The position numbers were made by a program, and so were the translations under genes. From positions 19,902,001 through 19,966,000 of the forward strand of contig OX597831.1 of NCBI GenBank assembly GCA_951406725.2: 64,000 nucleotides of DNA. The letters are read 5' to 3'. The stretch comes from Octopus vulgaris (taxonomy: Eukaryota). Positions 1 to 12,895 of the stretch are shown piece by piece. Position 1 is the stretch's first letter, and each line of letters starts with the position of its first letter. Below the pieces are notes generated by a model that did not search any database, had not been told where the DNA came from, and saw only the letters and a program-made list of their open reading frames with translations.

Positions 1-159
1 TAGAAAGCGCTTTTGTGACGTACTAACGTTCGGAAAACTGTAAACAAACACGGCAGACGAAATACTTTTATTTTTTTACATAAGTAATGAGAGCGAAAGA
101 GACTAAGAGGAAGCGATTTTATGACGAGGGAAGTTTGTCTTTGAAGTTACCGTCTAGGG

Positions 160-347
160 CAGGGGTGGGCAAACTTTTTGAACCTTGGCGGGCCTCATTT
201 ATAAAAATCAAGTGAAAATATTGTGAATTACCGTACAGTTACGAAGTATCTGCATAGAAGTTGGGATTCATAAAAGCTCTCGGCGGGCCGCATGAAAACC
301 TATGGCGGGCCGCATGCGGCCCGCGGGCCGTAGTTTGCCCACCCCTG
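160..347. mobile_element. hAT (Charlie-like) MITE
   Basis: 16-bp TIRs CAGGGGTGGGCAAACT (160-175 / 332-347); perfect 8-bp TSD GTCTAGGG at 152-159 and 348-355; GC-rich subterminal GCGGGCC motifs; no ORF. Confidence 0.92.
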
Positions 348-1360
348 GTCTAGGGGAAGCATTGATGTACATGTGTGTGTGTGTTTGATGGGGTGTGGGA
401 GACAGTATGTTGTGTAAGTGAAGTGCTTCTGTTAGTGTGTGTGAAGAGACAGAGAGAGTAATGTGTGAAAGAGAGAGATAACTGAAATTTTTTACTCGGT
501 GTATGTGTATATGTATGTCTGCATGTATGTGTGTGTGTGTATGTATCTATGTATGTATGGCCAATTCATCGTAATTACGATTACAATGAATCGGCTATAC
601 ATACATACACACACACACATACATACACACACACACATACTTACACATACATACACACACACATACATGCAGACATACAGAATGGAAACATTTTCAATTT
701 AATACATGTGGCTTATTAACTAGTTTTAAATATTGTTATTAGACTTGTTTACATTTAAGATGTTAAATACGTCACGAAATTGGTGGTCGAGACGGAGTAA
801 ATAAAATAAAGCCGAATGACGGAATATCATTGGTTAAAATTCTAATTATTAAACAACGTTAAACTTAGAAGTTACAATTCCGTTTTCATTCTGGTTTACA
901 ATTAAGTTTACTTTTGACACATTCTACCAGTATACGAAGTTTCAAATTGTTTGGTTCAGTAGGAAAAATTTGAAAAAACTGGCCTCAAAATAGAAAAGAT
1001 CCAATACATTTGCTGTTTAAACATACTTCCATTCAAACATATCTCATTACTAATAAGGTCAACTTAGGAAGGTTTGTCTGCTTATTCATGCATATCTGGT
1101 TATGTGGGCAAATTCTGTGTCACATACTAATAAGAAAGCCTCAAATAAATAACTTAAATACTAGTGTAGGTGGTGGTGGTGGTGGTGGTGGTAGTGGTAG
1201 TAGTATCGTTTTCCTGCTGCTGCCACTTCGCTGCTACTGCTGCTGCTCCTGCTGCTGTTCTTGTTTTTGTTACTGCCTACTATACGTCTTCCTTGGATCA
1301 CGTTATACAGTACTGGATCTACACCGAGAGCAGTAGACATCACCTCCTCACATTCCGTCA

Positions 1361-1399
<39 letters not shown>

Positions 1400-2841
1400 T
1401 TTATCGCTCGAAAGAAAGGTTGGTATTTTCAAAGTTCTGGTTTATACTTGTTCCGACTGTTCTAATGTCCGATACAAAAAAAAAGTGAGACACCAAACAG
1501 TTGAGATGTTACAGTTCTAAATTCAAGAGTTCAGGAATTATGTACACTATTTACATTATTTACATTTGGCGGATATTTGTCCGTCAAACAAGATGAGGAC
1601 AAATATCCATCAAATGTAAATATTGTAAACAATGTAAACAATGTAGTTGAGTTGTTGTTGTTGTTGTTGTTGTTTAAGCCCGTCCCCAGGTCAGTGCTGA
1701 ATATGTTTATGGATAACTGCTTTCTTGCTTTGACCATCGTTTATCTTTTTCTGCTTTGGTTTTTCGAGTAGCGGACTACACGTTGTCCAATTCGGTGGTT
1801 CTCGATCATTTGTCACTTTCTGAACGAGGTCAGACTTTTTCCTGGAAAAGAACAAGAAATCAGTAAAGAAAAGATTTAGGTAATTTTTGCTAATTTCCCC
1901 CACCCACGCCACCTCGTTTTCCAATTAAAAGGAAACACGAAATACTAATTAATTACCTGTTTTTCAATAAATATTTTCATTTATTTAAATTTAATGAAAT
2001 ATATAAAGTAGATATTTTGGTAATGTTTAAAGCAGTTAAAAATTTATGTAGTTTTTTTAACTTCCGTGTTCGTCGTTGTCTCAACACATATCAGTACAAT
2101 ACATACATACATACATACATACATGCATAATACACACACACATATGTATGTATGTGTATATATATATATAGAGAGAGAGAGAGAGGGGGGGGGGGAAAGA
2201 AAGAGTTGGTGACGTAAAACATGTTTATGTGTGTGTCTGTCATCGGAGAGATAAGAGAGATAAGAGGAGGAAAGTATGGAGATAAAAAAAGAAAGTTTGT
2301 TATATAGAAATATATTGATTTTACATAATGAACAAATGTGCAGTAAAACTTATGTTTACAAAAGAGGTTACATTTTAATTTCTCCTTGTTGTCAACTTGC
2401 TTTTACTCTCTATACTTTGTACCTCTGCTACTCCGACCGACACCCATTCCCGTGCGTCAGGGCTTCTCTCTTCTACACCTCTTTAGACCACTCACATTCT
2501 CAACTATCTTATTTTCCGTGTACGAGTACTTTGACTACCTGTGACGTACACCTTCACCCAGACTAGCATCCAACATTATCTTTTCATTTTTTTTATCTCG
2601 TGTTTTAGGACTGGACTTCTTCCGCTTATCTTATCTCTTAACGAGCCACTTCTACTCACTATTTCGGTCTGCTTTCTCTCGCCTTTCACACTATATTTGT
2701 AACCACTACAAAACAACTCACGCTTGCCAATTTCCTGAAAGGGGAGTCAAGCTTATGGTAATAACTTCATCTCACTGGTCTCTAGTTGCACATGTCACCT
2801 AAGAATTATCGCTATTAGTAACTCTTGATTTCCTGAAACAG

Positions 2842-2912
2842 CTATCGAGATATGACTTTATATAATTTCCTCGTTTCATTTTTCTTTTGATTCTGTATCA
2901 TTTGTGCCCCAT
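2842..2912 (+). other. candidate 5'UTR exon of the BCL-2-family gene
   Basis: acceptor TTCCTGAAACAG| and consensus donor |GTAAGT in non-repeat sequence upstream of the ATG exon; no transcript evidence. Confidence 0.4.
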
Positions 2913-2974
2913 GTAAGTAATTATATCAACACTAATTGCATTTATCTATCTTACTAGCTATATATCTTTTTATG

Positions 2975-3280
2975 TCTTACTTGTTACAGTCATCAAACAG
3001 CGGCCATGCTGGGGCACAGCCTTCAACAACAGTATTTTTTCAGCCTGGTACTTATTCTGTCGGTCATTTTTGCCAAACTGCTAGGTTACGATGAAGTAAA
3101 GCAAAACAAAACATGGGTTGTCTAGCGGTGGTGTGTGTGTGAGCGCGCGCGTGCGCGTACGACTCGCCTTTTCAGATTTCGTCTACCAAATCCACTTGGT
3201 CAGTTAGTAGAAAAAACCCTTGCCCCAAATGCCATATAGTGGGGCTAATCCCGGAATCATATGTTTAGAAAGCAACCTGG
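2975..3280 (-). mobile_element. tRNA-derived SINE
   Basis: shares GCGGCCATGCTGGGGCAC and reverse-complement head similarity with copies at 6800-6843, 32760-32960 region and 33216-33360. Confidence 0.6.
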
Positions 3281-3463
3281 CTTATTCCCGGAACTTGCCA
3301 CCCTCACAATACAAATGGTATTATGATAACATCATGAACATAAAAGCTTACTTGTGAATCGTTACATGATCACTTCTACAACAAATAGCAGTTAAATACT
3401 TCTCGAATCATACAGTTATTATCCTTATAGTGGAAAGACTTATTTACATACATATATAGAATA

Positions 3464-4000
3464 TCTTTCTTTATTAGCCACACAGGGCTGGACACAGACG
3501 GAACAAATAACAAAGTAGAGCTTTTCTTTTAGGGTAGAAAAAAATGGAGTGGGGTAGGTTTTCGATCAAAAGAGAAAAAAGAAAAAAAGAAAAGAAAAAA
3601 ACGATCAATAGGGATCGTGTATCACAGAAATGTCATGATGTAAAGTGTAAGGGGGGAAGCAGATAAGGTTTATCCGTGGAAAGAAAAGCCTACGGAAAAG
3701 ACCACGGTAACCTCGGTCAATAATGTTACATGTTACCACATTTGTTTGCAAGTAAGTAACCCTCTGTTTTAAATTTTTCCGGGTTCATAGGATTATGCTC
3801 AAGGTGGCTTCGTCATTCATACATGCAATCCTTGCTATATTCACCTATCTTTTTTTGAAACATTTACTAGACAAACTTGCCTCTATACTCTCACTTTCCT
3901 GTTCAAATGATACTTGAAGTTGATGAGAAATTGACTAGAGAGGAAAGTGTTTGTCTCTACTCCTTTCAGACGCGAATTTCAATGTTTTTTTATGTCCTGT
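3464..4000 (-). mobile_element. 3' fragment of a Tx1-type (L1 clade) LINE
   Basis: frameshifted minus-strand translation ([14 protein letters not shown]...IARIACMNDEATLSIIL) resembles the ORF2 C-terminus of the element at 18461-23780; ends in AATAAA plus A-rich tail. Confidence 0.7.
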
Positions 4001-4085
4001 ACCCATATATGCATGTATATATACAAATAGGTATGTACATATATATATGTATGTATATATGCATATATATATATGTATGTATATA

Positions 4086-4136
<51 letters not shown>

Positions 4137-4146
4137 GCATATATGC

Positions 4147-4215
<69 letters not shown>

Positions 4216-4741
4216 GTATTTATGGTATGGTATGTATGGTATTTATATGTATGGTATGGTATATATGTATGGTATGTATGGCATATATATATATGCAGGT
4301 ATTTAAGACGGTTGGGTGTAATCTGAGAAAGGCGTGGCTAATATTTTGGGTTGATTGAACAAATGAGCTAATCTTGTAAGAGAAAACGATATATTGAAAT
4401 GAAAACTATTTCTGGTCATTCATGTGAGATAACTCTTAGCGCTTATTGAAATACAAAAACATTTCAAGATTCACCATAGTGACGATCATTTTAATTTAGA
4501 TTTAATTTTTATGCTGTTCTTTTGTTTGGTTTTCTTTGCTTGTTTTTATTACTAATTTGCAACAAACCTGAAAATTATTTAATAAACTTTACAATAACGA
4601 CAAAATATTCTCATTTATATAATTTCAAATAATTTTACCTCCGTTATATTCGTTTCTCGTTCTTTTTTTCTTTTTTTTTTCTACAGTTTCGAAAGAATTC
4701 GTTTATAACTTTGTAATTTCAAAGCTTTCATATCGAGTATC

Positions 4742-4752
4742 ATGGATGATGG
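4742..4752 (+). CDS. BCL-2-family (Bak/Bid-like) gene, first coding exon (MDDG; exon starts 4687)
   Basis: long polypyrimidine acceptor ...TTTCTACAG| at 4686, ATG GAT GAT GG|GTAAAT; phase 2 joins in frame to 27015. Confidence 0.65.
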
Positions 4753-5477
4753 GTAAATAAATCAATTTCTCTATTCTTTTATCGATTTTAATCATTTGTC
4801 TGCGGCTATGTTCATGTGCGTGCTTGAGTGGAATGCATTGCCCTCAGAGCTAATTTTTTAATCATTTCTACCCCAGTGCCTTCTTTGATAACGGTTTCTA
4901 CTTACAATTTAGCACTTTGCATTTTCTACAATAGGTAACATCAAACCAAATTTTACAGTCTTCCCTTAGAACGCTTAAATAAAGAAACTTTTTTCATTGA
5001 AAAATACAAAACGCGTCTGAATATGCACGCATAACTAACTTTTATATTTTAACATATTACATCACTGTACTTAAACCCCCTACTAAACAAGGTCCTCTTT
5101 TTTTTAAACCTGTCTCCTTTCTGTACACATATTTATTCCCCACCCAAATCCTAAACAGTTATCTCCCTTACACACAACAATAACAATAATAAGAACCAAT
5201 TACATCCCTTTACTTGTCAACTTGTAAAATCATTCACTCGTGAATTTCATTACAAACAACATGGACCAAATTTCTTCTTAAGAAAAAATATATATTCATA
5301 TAAATTAAACATTATATCATGGATAGCGATTGCGAAACCGGTCGATACATTAAAAATTATATTATAACCATGTAAGTGTGCGTATTTTCCTTTTTTATTT
5401 CTTATATACATTACAATCCACCACGTGGGGACAACCGAAATTCCTCTCTTCTGTTACTACTATATATATATAAATAA

Positions 5478-6780
5478 TCATCATCATCATTTAACGTCCG
5501 CTCCCCATGCTAGCATGAGTTGGACGATTTAACTGAGGTCTGGCGAACCAGACTCCAATCTTATCTGGCAGAGTTTCTACAGCTGGATGCCCTTCCTAAC
5601 GCCAACCACTTCGAGAGTGTAGTGGGTGCCTTTACGTGCCACCGGCACGAGGGCCAGTTTGGTGGTACTGGCAACGGCCACGCCCAAATGGTGCTTTTTA
5701 CGTGCCACCTGCACAGGAGCCAGTCTAGCGGCACTGGCGACGACCTCGCTCGAATGTTTCACATGCCACCAGCACAAGTGCTAGTAAGGTGACGCGGTAA
5801 CGATCACGCTCGAATGGTGTGTTTAAACGTACCATCGGCACGAAGGCCAGCTTGTTCTGGCAATGATTTCACTCGTATGGTACTCTTAGCGCTCCACTAG
5901 CAACGGATGCTAGTCACCGAGTTTGATTTCGACTTCGATTTCACTTGCCTCAACTGGTCTTTGCAAACAGAGTTTAGCGTCCAGTGAAGAAGAGGCACGC
6001 ATAAGTGCCTCTTCTTCCACCCCTAGCACAGGCCACAAGGTTATGGTCACACTTGCGCTTGCCGAGTCTTCTGCATCACAGCATATTTCAAGAGGTCCCG
6101 GTCACTAGTCATTGCCTCGGTGAGGCCCAATGTTTGAAGGTCATGCTTCACCACCTCATCCCAGGTCTTCCTGGGTCTACCTCTTCCACAGGTTCCCTCA
6201 ACTGCTAGGGTGTTGCACTTTTTCACACAGCTATCCATATCCATTCTCGCCACATGACCATACAAGCGCAGTCGTCTTTCTTGCACACCACATCTGATGC
6301 TTCTTAGGTTCAACTTTTCTCTCAGGGCACTAACACACTGTCGAGTATGCATACTGACATTACACATCCATCGGAGCATACTGGCTTCATCCCTTGCGAG
6401 CTTACGCATGTCCTCAGCAGTCACGGCCCATGTTCCACTGCCATGTAGCATGGCTGTTCGTACACATGCGTCGTACAGTCTATCTTTTACTCTGAGCGAG
6501 AGGCCCTTTGTCACCAGCAGAGGTAAGAGCTCTCTGAACTTTGCCCAGGCTATTCTTATTCTAGTGGCTACACTTTCAGTGCACACTCCTTCGCTACTGA
6601 CTTGGTCACCTAGGTAACGGAAGCTATCACCGACTTCTAGTTTTTCTCCCTGGAATGTGGCGGAAGTTGTTCTCTGTACATTTTCAGTGTTATTTATAGC
6701 TCCCGAGCATCTGCCACATACGAAAACTATCCTCCCAGTTAACCTTCCTTTGATATTGCTGCATCTCTTATGTGTTCACT
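5478..6780 (-). mobile_element. RTE-clade LINE, 5'-truncated
   Basis: ORF 6047-6586 (RIRIAWAKFRELLPLL...GRGRPRKTW) is a typical RTE RT C-terminus; (GAT)n tail; a second 3' piece lies at 32714-32965. Confidence 0.9.
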
Positions 6781-6846
6781 CTTTTTACTCTCTCTTTTAC
6801 TTGTTTCAGTCATTTGACTGCGGCCATGCTAGAGCACCACCTTTAT

Positions 6847-8023
6847 TGGACAAAATTAATGGAGATAACTTAAAATTTCAAACAAATTTATTTTGATATG
6901 GGGTAGGATTTCTTTTGGCAGTAATTACAGCTTGAATTCTACGAGGTATGAACTCGTACCAAGTTTGAATTGTTTCCAAAGGAATTTTTGTCCATTCTTC
7001 ATCCAATTCTTGTATTGATGAATGCACCATAAATGTTCACTAATATTGAGATCTGGGGGCTGTGATGGCCAGACAAGACGTTCAACTTCACTACCATGTT
7101 TCTCGTGGTGCATTATCATCCTGAAAGATTGCGTTTCTCTCCGGAAACAGTACCGCAACCATAGGATGAATTTGAGTAATGCTTAAATAATCTTGACTAT
7201 CAATTCTGCCATGAAGGGAAACCATTGGGCCCGTGGATTTCCAGGATATAGCCCCCACCCACCCCACAAGATCATCACATATCCTCCTCCATGTTTAACA
7301 GTTGGGAGAAGGTAGTTTGGGTCACATGCTTCTTTTGGCTGTCTCCACATATATACTTGGCCGGTGGTCGGAAATATGGTAAAGAATGACTCGTCTGAGA
7401 AAATAACATACTTCCACTGCTGTAGGGACCAATTCTGTAGATTTTTACTCAACTCTAAATGTTTTGCAGTATTTGTTTTTGAAAGTAGTGGTTTTCTGAT
7501 AGCAGCCCTCCCGTGAAATTCAGCTTTGTGCAGCTCCCGGTGAACAGTTTTTGTGAAAACTGGGTTCTCGAGGTGCAGTAATTTTGAGAGCTGCACTTTT
7601 GTGATCCTTTCTAACAATTCGCATAAGAGTCCGACAGTCCCTGTCTAAAAGGTTTGGATTTCTTCCGGAGTTTTGCTTCGGCGATGAGGTTTCTCACTCT
7701 TTCTCAAAGGTTGTCATTACTTTCGAGACAGTACGTCTTGATACACCAAACATTTCGGCTATTTTCATTGCTCTAACCCCTGCCATACGAGCAGCAACAA
7801 TTTGACCTCTTTGAAAGTCCGATAGATCTGTCATTTTAATGAATTTTAATTACCTTTTTCTGATGATATCTGAAAAGAAACAACAATTTTAGCAAAGCAA
7901 GTAAGCAATACTAATAATAAATCAAAAATCGTAAAAATAAACAAGCTTTTAACTATTTTATAAATATTTCCAAATTATGTTACTATGATGCTAGGTGTTT
8001 CTATTATTTTGTCCAACCCCTGT
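6847..8023 (-). mobile_element. Tc1-family DNA transposon, degenerate transposase
   Basis: MTDLSDFQRGQIV start near 7834, VIFSDES and WPSQPPDLNISEHLW DDE motifs; TIR TACAGGGGTTGGACAAAAT at 8023 end, partial TTGGACAAAAT at 6847. Confidence 0.9.
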
Positions 8024-8087
8024 AAATATATATATATTTATATAGATATAGATAGATGGACAGACAAACAGACAGACAGACAGACAT

Positions 8088-8134
<47 letters not shown>

Positions 8135-8788
8135 TAAGGTGAAGAAGTTTCATATTCATAAAAGGAAATACATTGAGAACTTTATCAAACAAACGTGAGA
8201 AATTTATTTCGATAACATATTCTTTTCTAAAGAAGTTACTAGTGTGAATCGTTTGGAAAAAAGAAAACTAAAAACAACTTAGACATGCTGAACAAGAAGT
8301 TAAAACAAATTGCAATAAATTAGATTAACACAAAACCAGTTCTGAAAAATCACAGGCTTTTCTGTATAAAATGCCACATGCCAATGGGGTTTCCTTTCCT
8401 TGTAACTCTTACTCAATCGTAGTAGCAACTGCTGTAGGTGCGTCAGTGGCTGCCGTTGTGGTAACTTCAGCCAAAGTTGCAGTAGCGTTGGTAGTAGTTG
8501 TCTCCTTTATGAATGTGGACTATATTTGAAATTGGTTGCTATTCAGTTACCAAAGTTCATGCGTGACTGTTGAGGTTTGTAATTGCTAAATTGAAAGACA
8601 GAGAAAAAGAAATCACAGCGGTAGATTGTTTCTTACGTCGGTCATGAGACCCTTTTGCTATTATTCCCGTATTTTAATTTACAAGTTATACAACACCATG
8701 CACTGTCGGAAGTTAAAGCATATCTATCGACAGCCTGAGTAGAAATTACTTATTTAATTGCACAGACGAAGAGACTTTTTATTGTGTT

Positions 8789-8840
<52 letters not shown>

Positions 8841-8844
<4 letters not shown>

Positions 8845-9296
8845 AAGTTTAAAGGACTGACCACTAAAAATGGACGGTCAACATGCTAGATATAGACGTC
8901 AAAATCGCTATTTTCCGCGAAGAATGTGTTCTCAAAAAAAAAACTCAGCACAAACCAAAGTGTAAAAAATAAGCAAGACAAATGAAGATATACGAAATAA
9001 CAACGATTAAATATGTAGCGATCAGTTTCGATTGTTAATATCCACGTATCCATATGCGTATATCTTCATTTGTTTTGCTTATTTTTTACACTTTGGTTTG
9101 TGCTGAGTTTTTATTTGAGAACACATTCTTCGCGGAAAATAGCGATTTTGACGTCTATATCTAGCATGTTGACCGTCCATTTTTAATGGTCAGTCCTTTA
9201 AATTTTGTATGTAAATATGTTTTAATCTTCGGATTTTTTTAATATGCTAGGCCACTGGTTTTGATTGATTAATATCAATTTCTACCCTTATTCAAA
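8841..9296. repeat. ~153-bp inverted repeat (8841-8993 / 9057-9209) between (TA)n tracts, PLE pLTR-like
   Basis: near-identical arms, ~63-nt spacer, one arm extended by a unique tail; same architecture as other PLE-type repeats in the window. Confidence 0.75.
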
Positions 9297-10371
<1,075 letters not shown>

Positions 10372-10372
<1 letters not shown>

Positions 10373-10800
10373 AGAGGTATGCAGTAATATACATCTAGAA
10401 GGAATTGTGCTAAATTTTGGCATTGTAAGCTACACCAATGCTAGAACGGAACGACACTGCATGGTGCCAAAGATCCCAGCAACGCCATCACGCTTCAGGA
10501 CCAGTTACTGCATCAGCCTGGGTTTCAAGGTCCCACAGCCTTTTAATATTCTCCCAAAGAGTCTGAGGAACTTGCACAAAGTAGATGTAGGGGTTTTTAA
10601 ATCAAAGCTGGACCTCTTCTTGTCGAGAGTCCCAGATGAGCCTATCTCACGGCAAGAGGTGCAATTGAGAGTAGCTATATCAAACTCCATTCTTCATCAA
10701 GCGCCACATATTAGAGGAGGCTCCTAGTAATAACAGTGTGGCTCAAAACAGCGGTGCATCAGCATGGTCGCAGCTCTGAGCTGAAACTTAAAAAAACAAA
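10372..10800 (+). mobile_element. CR1/L2-group LINE family B, 3' fragment
   Basis: [34 protein letters not shown]; 3' end GAGCTGAAACTTAAAAAA; near-identical to 51120-51500. Confidence 0.88.
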
Positions 10801-10804
10801 AATG

Positions 10805-10867
<63 letters not shown>

Positions 10868-10930
10868 ATATGTATATGTATATAAATATACGTATATATG
10901 TGTATGTATATAAATATACGTATATATGTG

Positions 10931-11015
<85 letters not shown>

Positions 11016-11161
11016 ATATGTGTGTGTGCATATATATGTGTATATATATGTATATATATGTGTATATATGTATACATACATATATATATATATATATGTG
11101 TGTATATATGTATACATACATATATATATATATATATACATACATATATATATATATATAT

Positions 11162-11392
<231 letters not shown>

Positions 11393-11409
11393 TATATACA
11401 TATATATGT

Positions 11410-12887
11410 ATCTGGTTCGTAATACCTTTCGGTAAACAAATTAAATTGAACCTTCCCTTACAGTTCCGTGAAGTCATCGCTAGGAACTTCACCAGAAATT
11501 CTAGATATTATTCTATTATCAATTCCCACATAGTCAGAATCGCTTTCTCTAACACTAGAAATCTTTCACAAATTATATCTTCTCACAATACCACACTGAT
11601 AAATAGAGATTCTTCACCCGGGAGTTCCAACATAAATCTTACTAATTCCAACCCATCATACACTCATAATAATAGGAATAGTATTAATAGTAATAGCAAT
11701 GGTAGTAGCGATAGTTTTAACAATGATAATATTAATAATAGTATTAGTCGTGTTAATAACAATGATAATGTTGATAGTGATAACAATAACGGAGAAATTA
11801 CTGATTGTATTACCATTAATAATACTAACAATAATACGAATAGTATAGTTGCTAACGCTAATAATAATACTAACAACAATCATAGCAATAAAAACTTCGT
11901 TTCGATCTCGGAGGACAACCCCAACAGAATTAAATTTTTGTCTAGTAATTCTAAGATTAAGAATTCTATTTACCAGTGTAGAATTTCTTCCGGTACCGAT
12001 GTCTTCTTCTATATAGGAGCGTCCTCTTCCCAGTTATCCAAGAGAATTTAAAACCATTATTCAACATTCAGGGATAGTAAAAAACGACATAGTACAGGGC
12101 TAAGTAAATTAGTTTGGCGTCTTAAATACAATAATATAGATTTCAAGTTAGATTGGTTCATACTGTCTGTATCCTTTCCTTTTGATAAGGGCAGGAGATC
12201 TTGTAACATTTGCAACTCTGAGCTCTTCCATATTCTCTTCTCTAAGGTTCCCCTTGTAAACACACTCATAGAGAAATCCAATAAATGTAAGCACTGGCAG
12301 AAACTTACTTTTTACTCTTACAAATGATTACGATAGGCATCGTGCTTTGAACAATTAGCTTAACGTGCACTCCACTTCAATAGCGAATTTCTTTCCTAAG
12401 CCTTTGAGCATTCTTAATAAACATAGCCTTCCCTTTCCACTGGTTCCCTATCTATCATTCCTTTAACCCTTCTCTTCCTACTATCTAACTTTGACGTCAA
12501 TTCTACTAACGATCTTTTTTTTTAAATCACTTATTGTCGTTTTGTTTACTATGTAGACAGTCAACGAAATATTTGTTTGTCTTGTTGCCGAGAGAGGCTC
12601 CCTTTCTTTCCTGATGAGAAGATTGCATCATGCACCCTTTATTCCTTTGGAATGAAACCATGTGGTCTTCAAAACATATGTCGAGAGTAAAGGAATTTTG
12701 TTAGCATCTTCGTTCGACTCCATTCTTTCATTTATTCATATATAACACAAATTTCTGCAAATGCGTTTCAACCCTTGGACAGGTCGCTTCAACCGTGTTT
12801 CTGACGCGAATTTGCTACCCTGGTATCGGTTCAACGAATTTTCCATGCTGACGATAAACATGGGATAATTCATTCACCTATTGAAAT
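11410..12887 (+). mobile_element. Penelope-like element 3' part: GIY-YIG endonuclease pseudogene plus pLTR
   Basis: IWFVIPF...[14 protein letters not shown], Asn-rich linker, SIYQC...[31 protein letters not shown]; in-frame TAA at 12049; ORF ends at 12327; hammerhead motif downstream. Confidence 0.88.
12601..12693 (+). ncRNA. type I hammerhead ribozyme (PLE), probably inactive
   Basis: stem I CTTTC/GAGAG, CTGATGA, stem II GAAGA/TCTTC, AAAA in place of GAAA, palindromic CATATG stem III, GUC triplet. Confidence 0.7.
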
Positions 12888-12895
12888 ATATGTAT

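Noticed and set aside
1010-1924. Short ORFs with poly-G/H/V/C/N runs
   Set aside because: Driven by trinucleotide microsatellites and decayed repeat sequence
3285-3293. STAT/GAS-like TTCCCGGAA; also ETS-like CCGGAAGT at 17764 and 34817
   Set aside because: Short motifs expected by chance in 64 kb, adjacent to repeats, with no supporting evidence
12049-12051. In-frame stop in the PLE ORF as possible selenocysteine recoding
   Set aside because: The codon is TAA, not TGA; most simply a nonsense mutation
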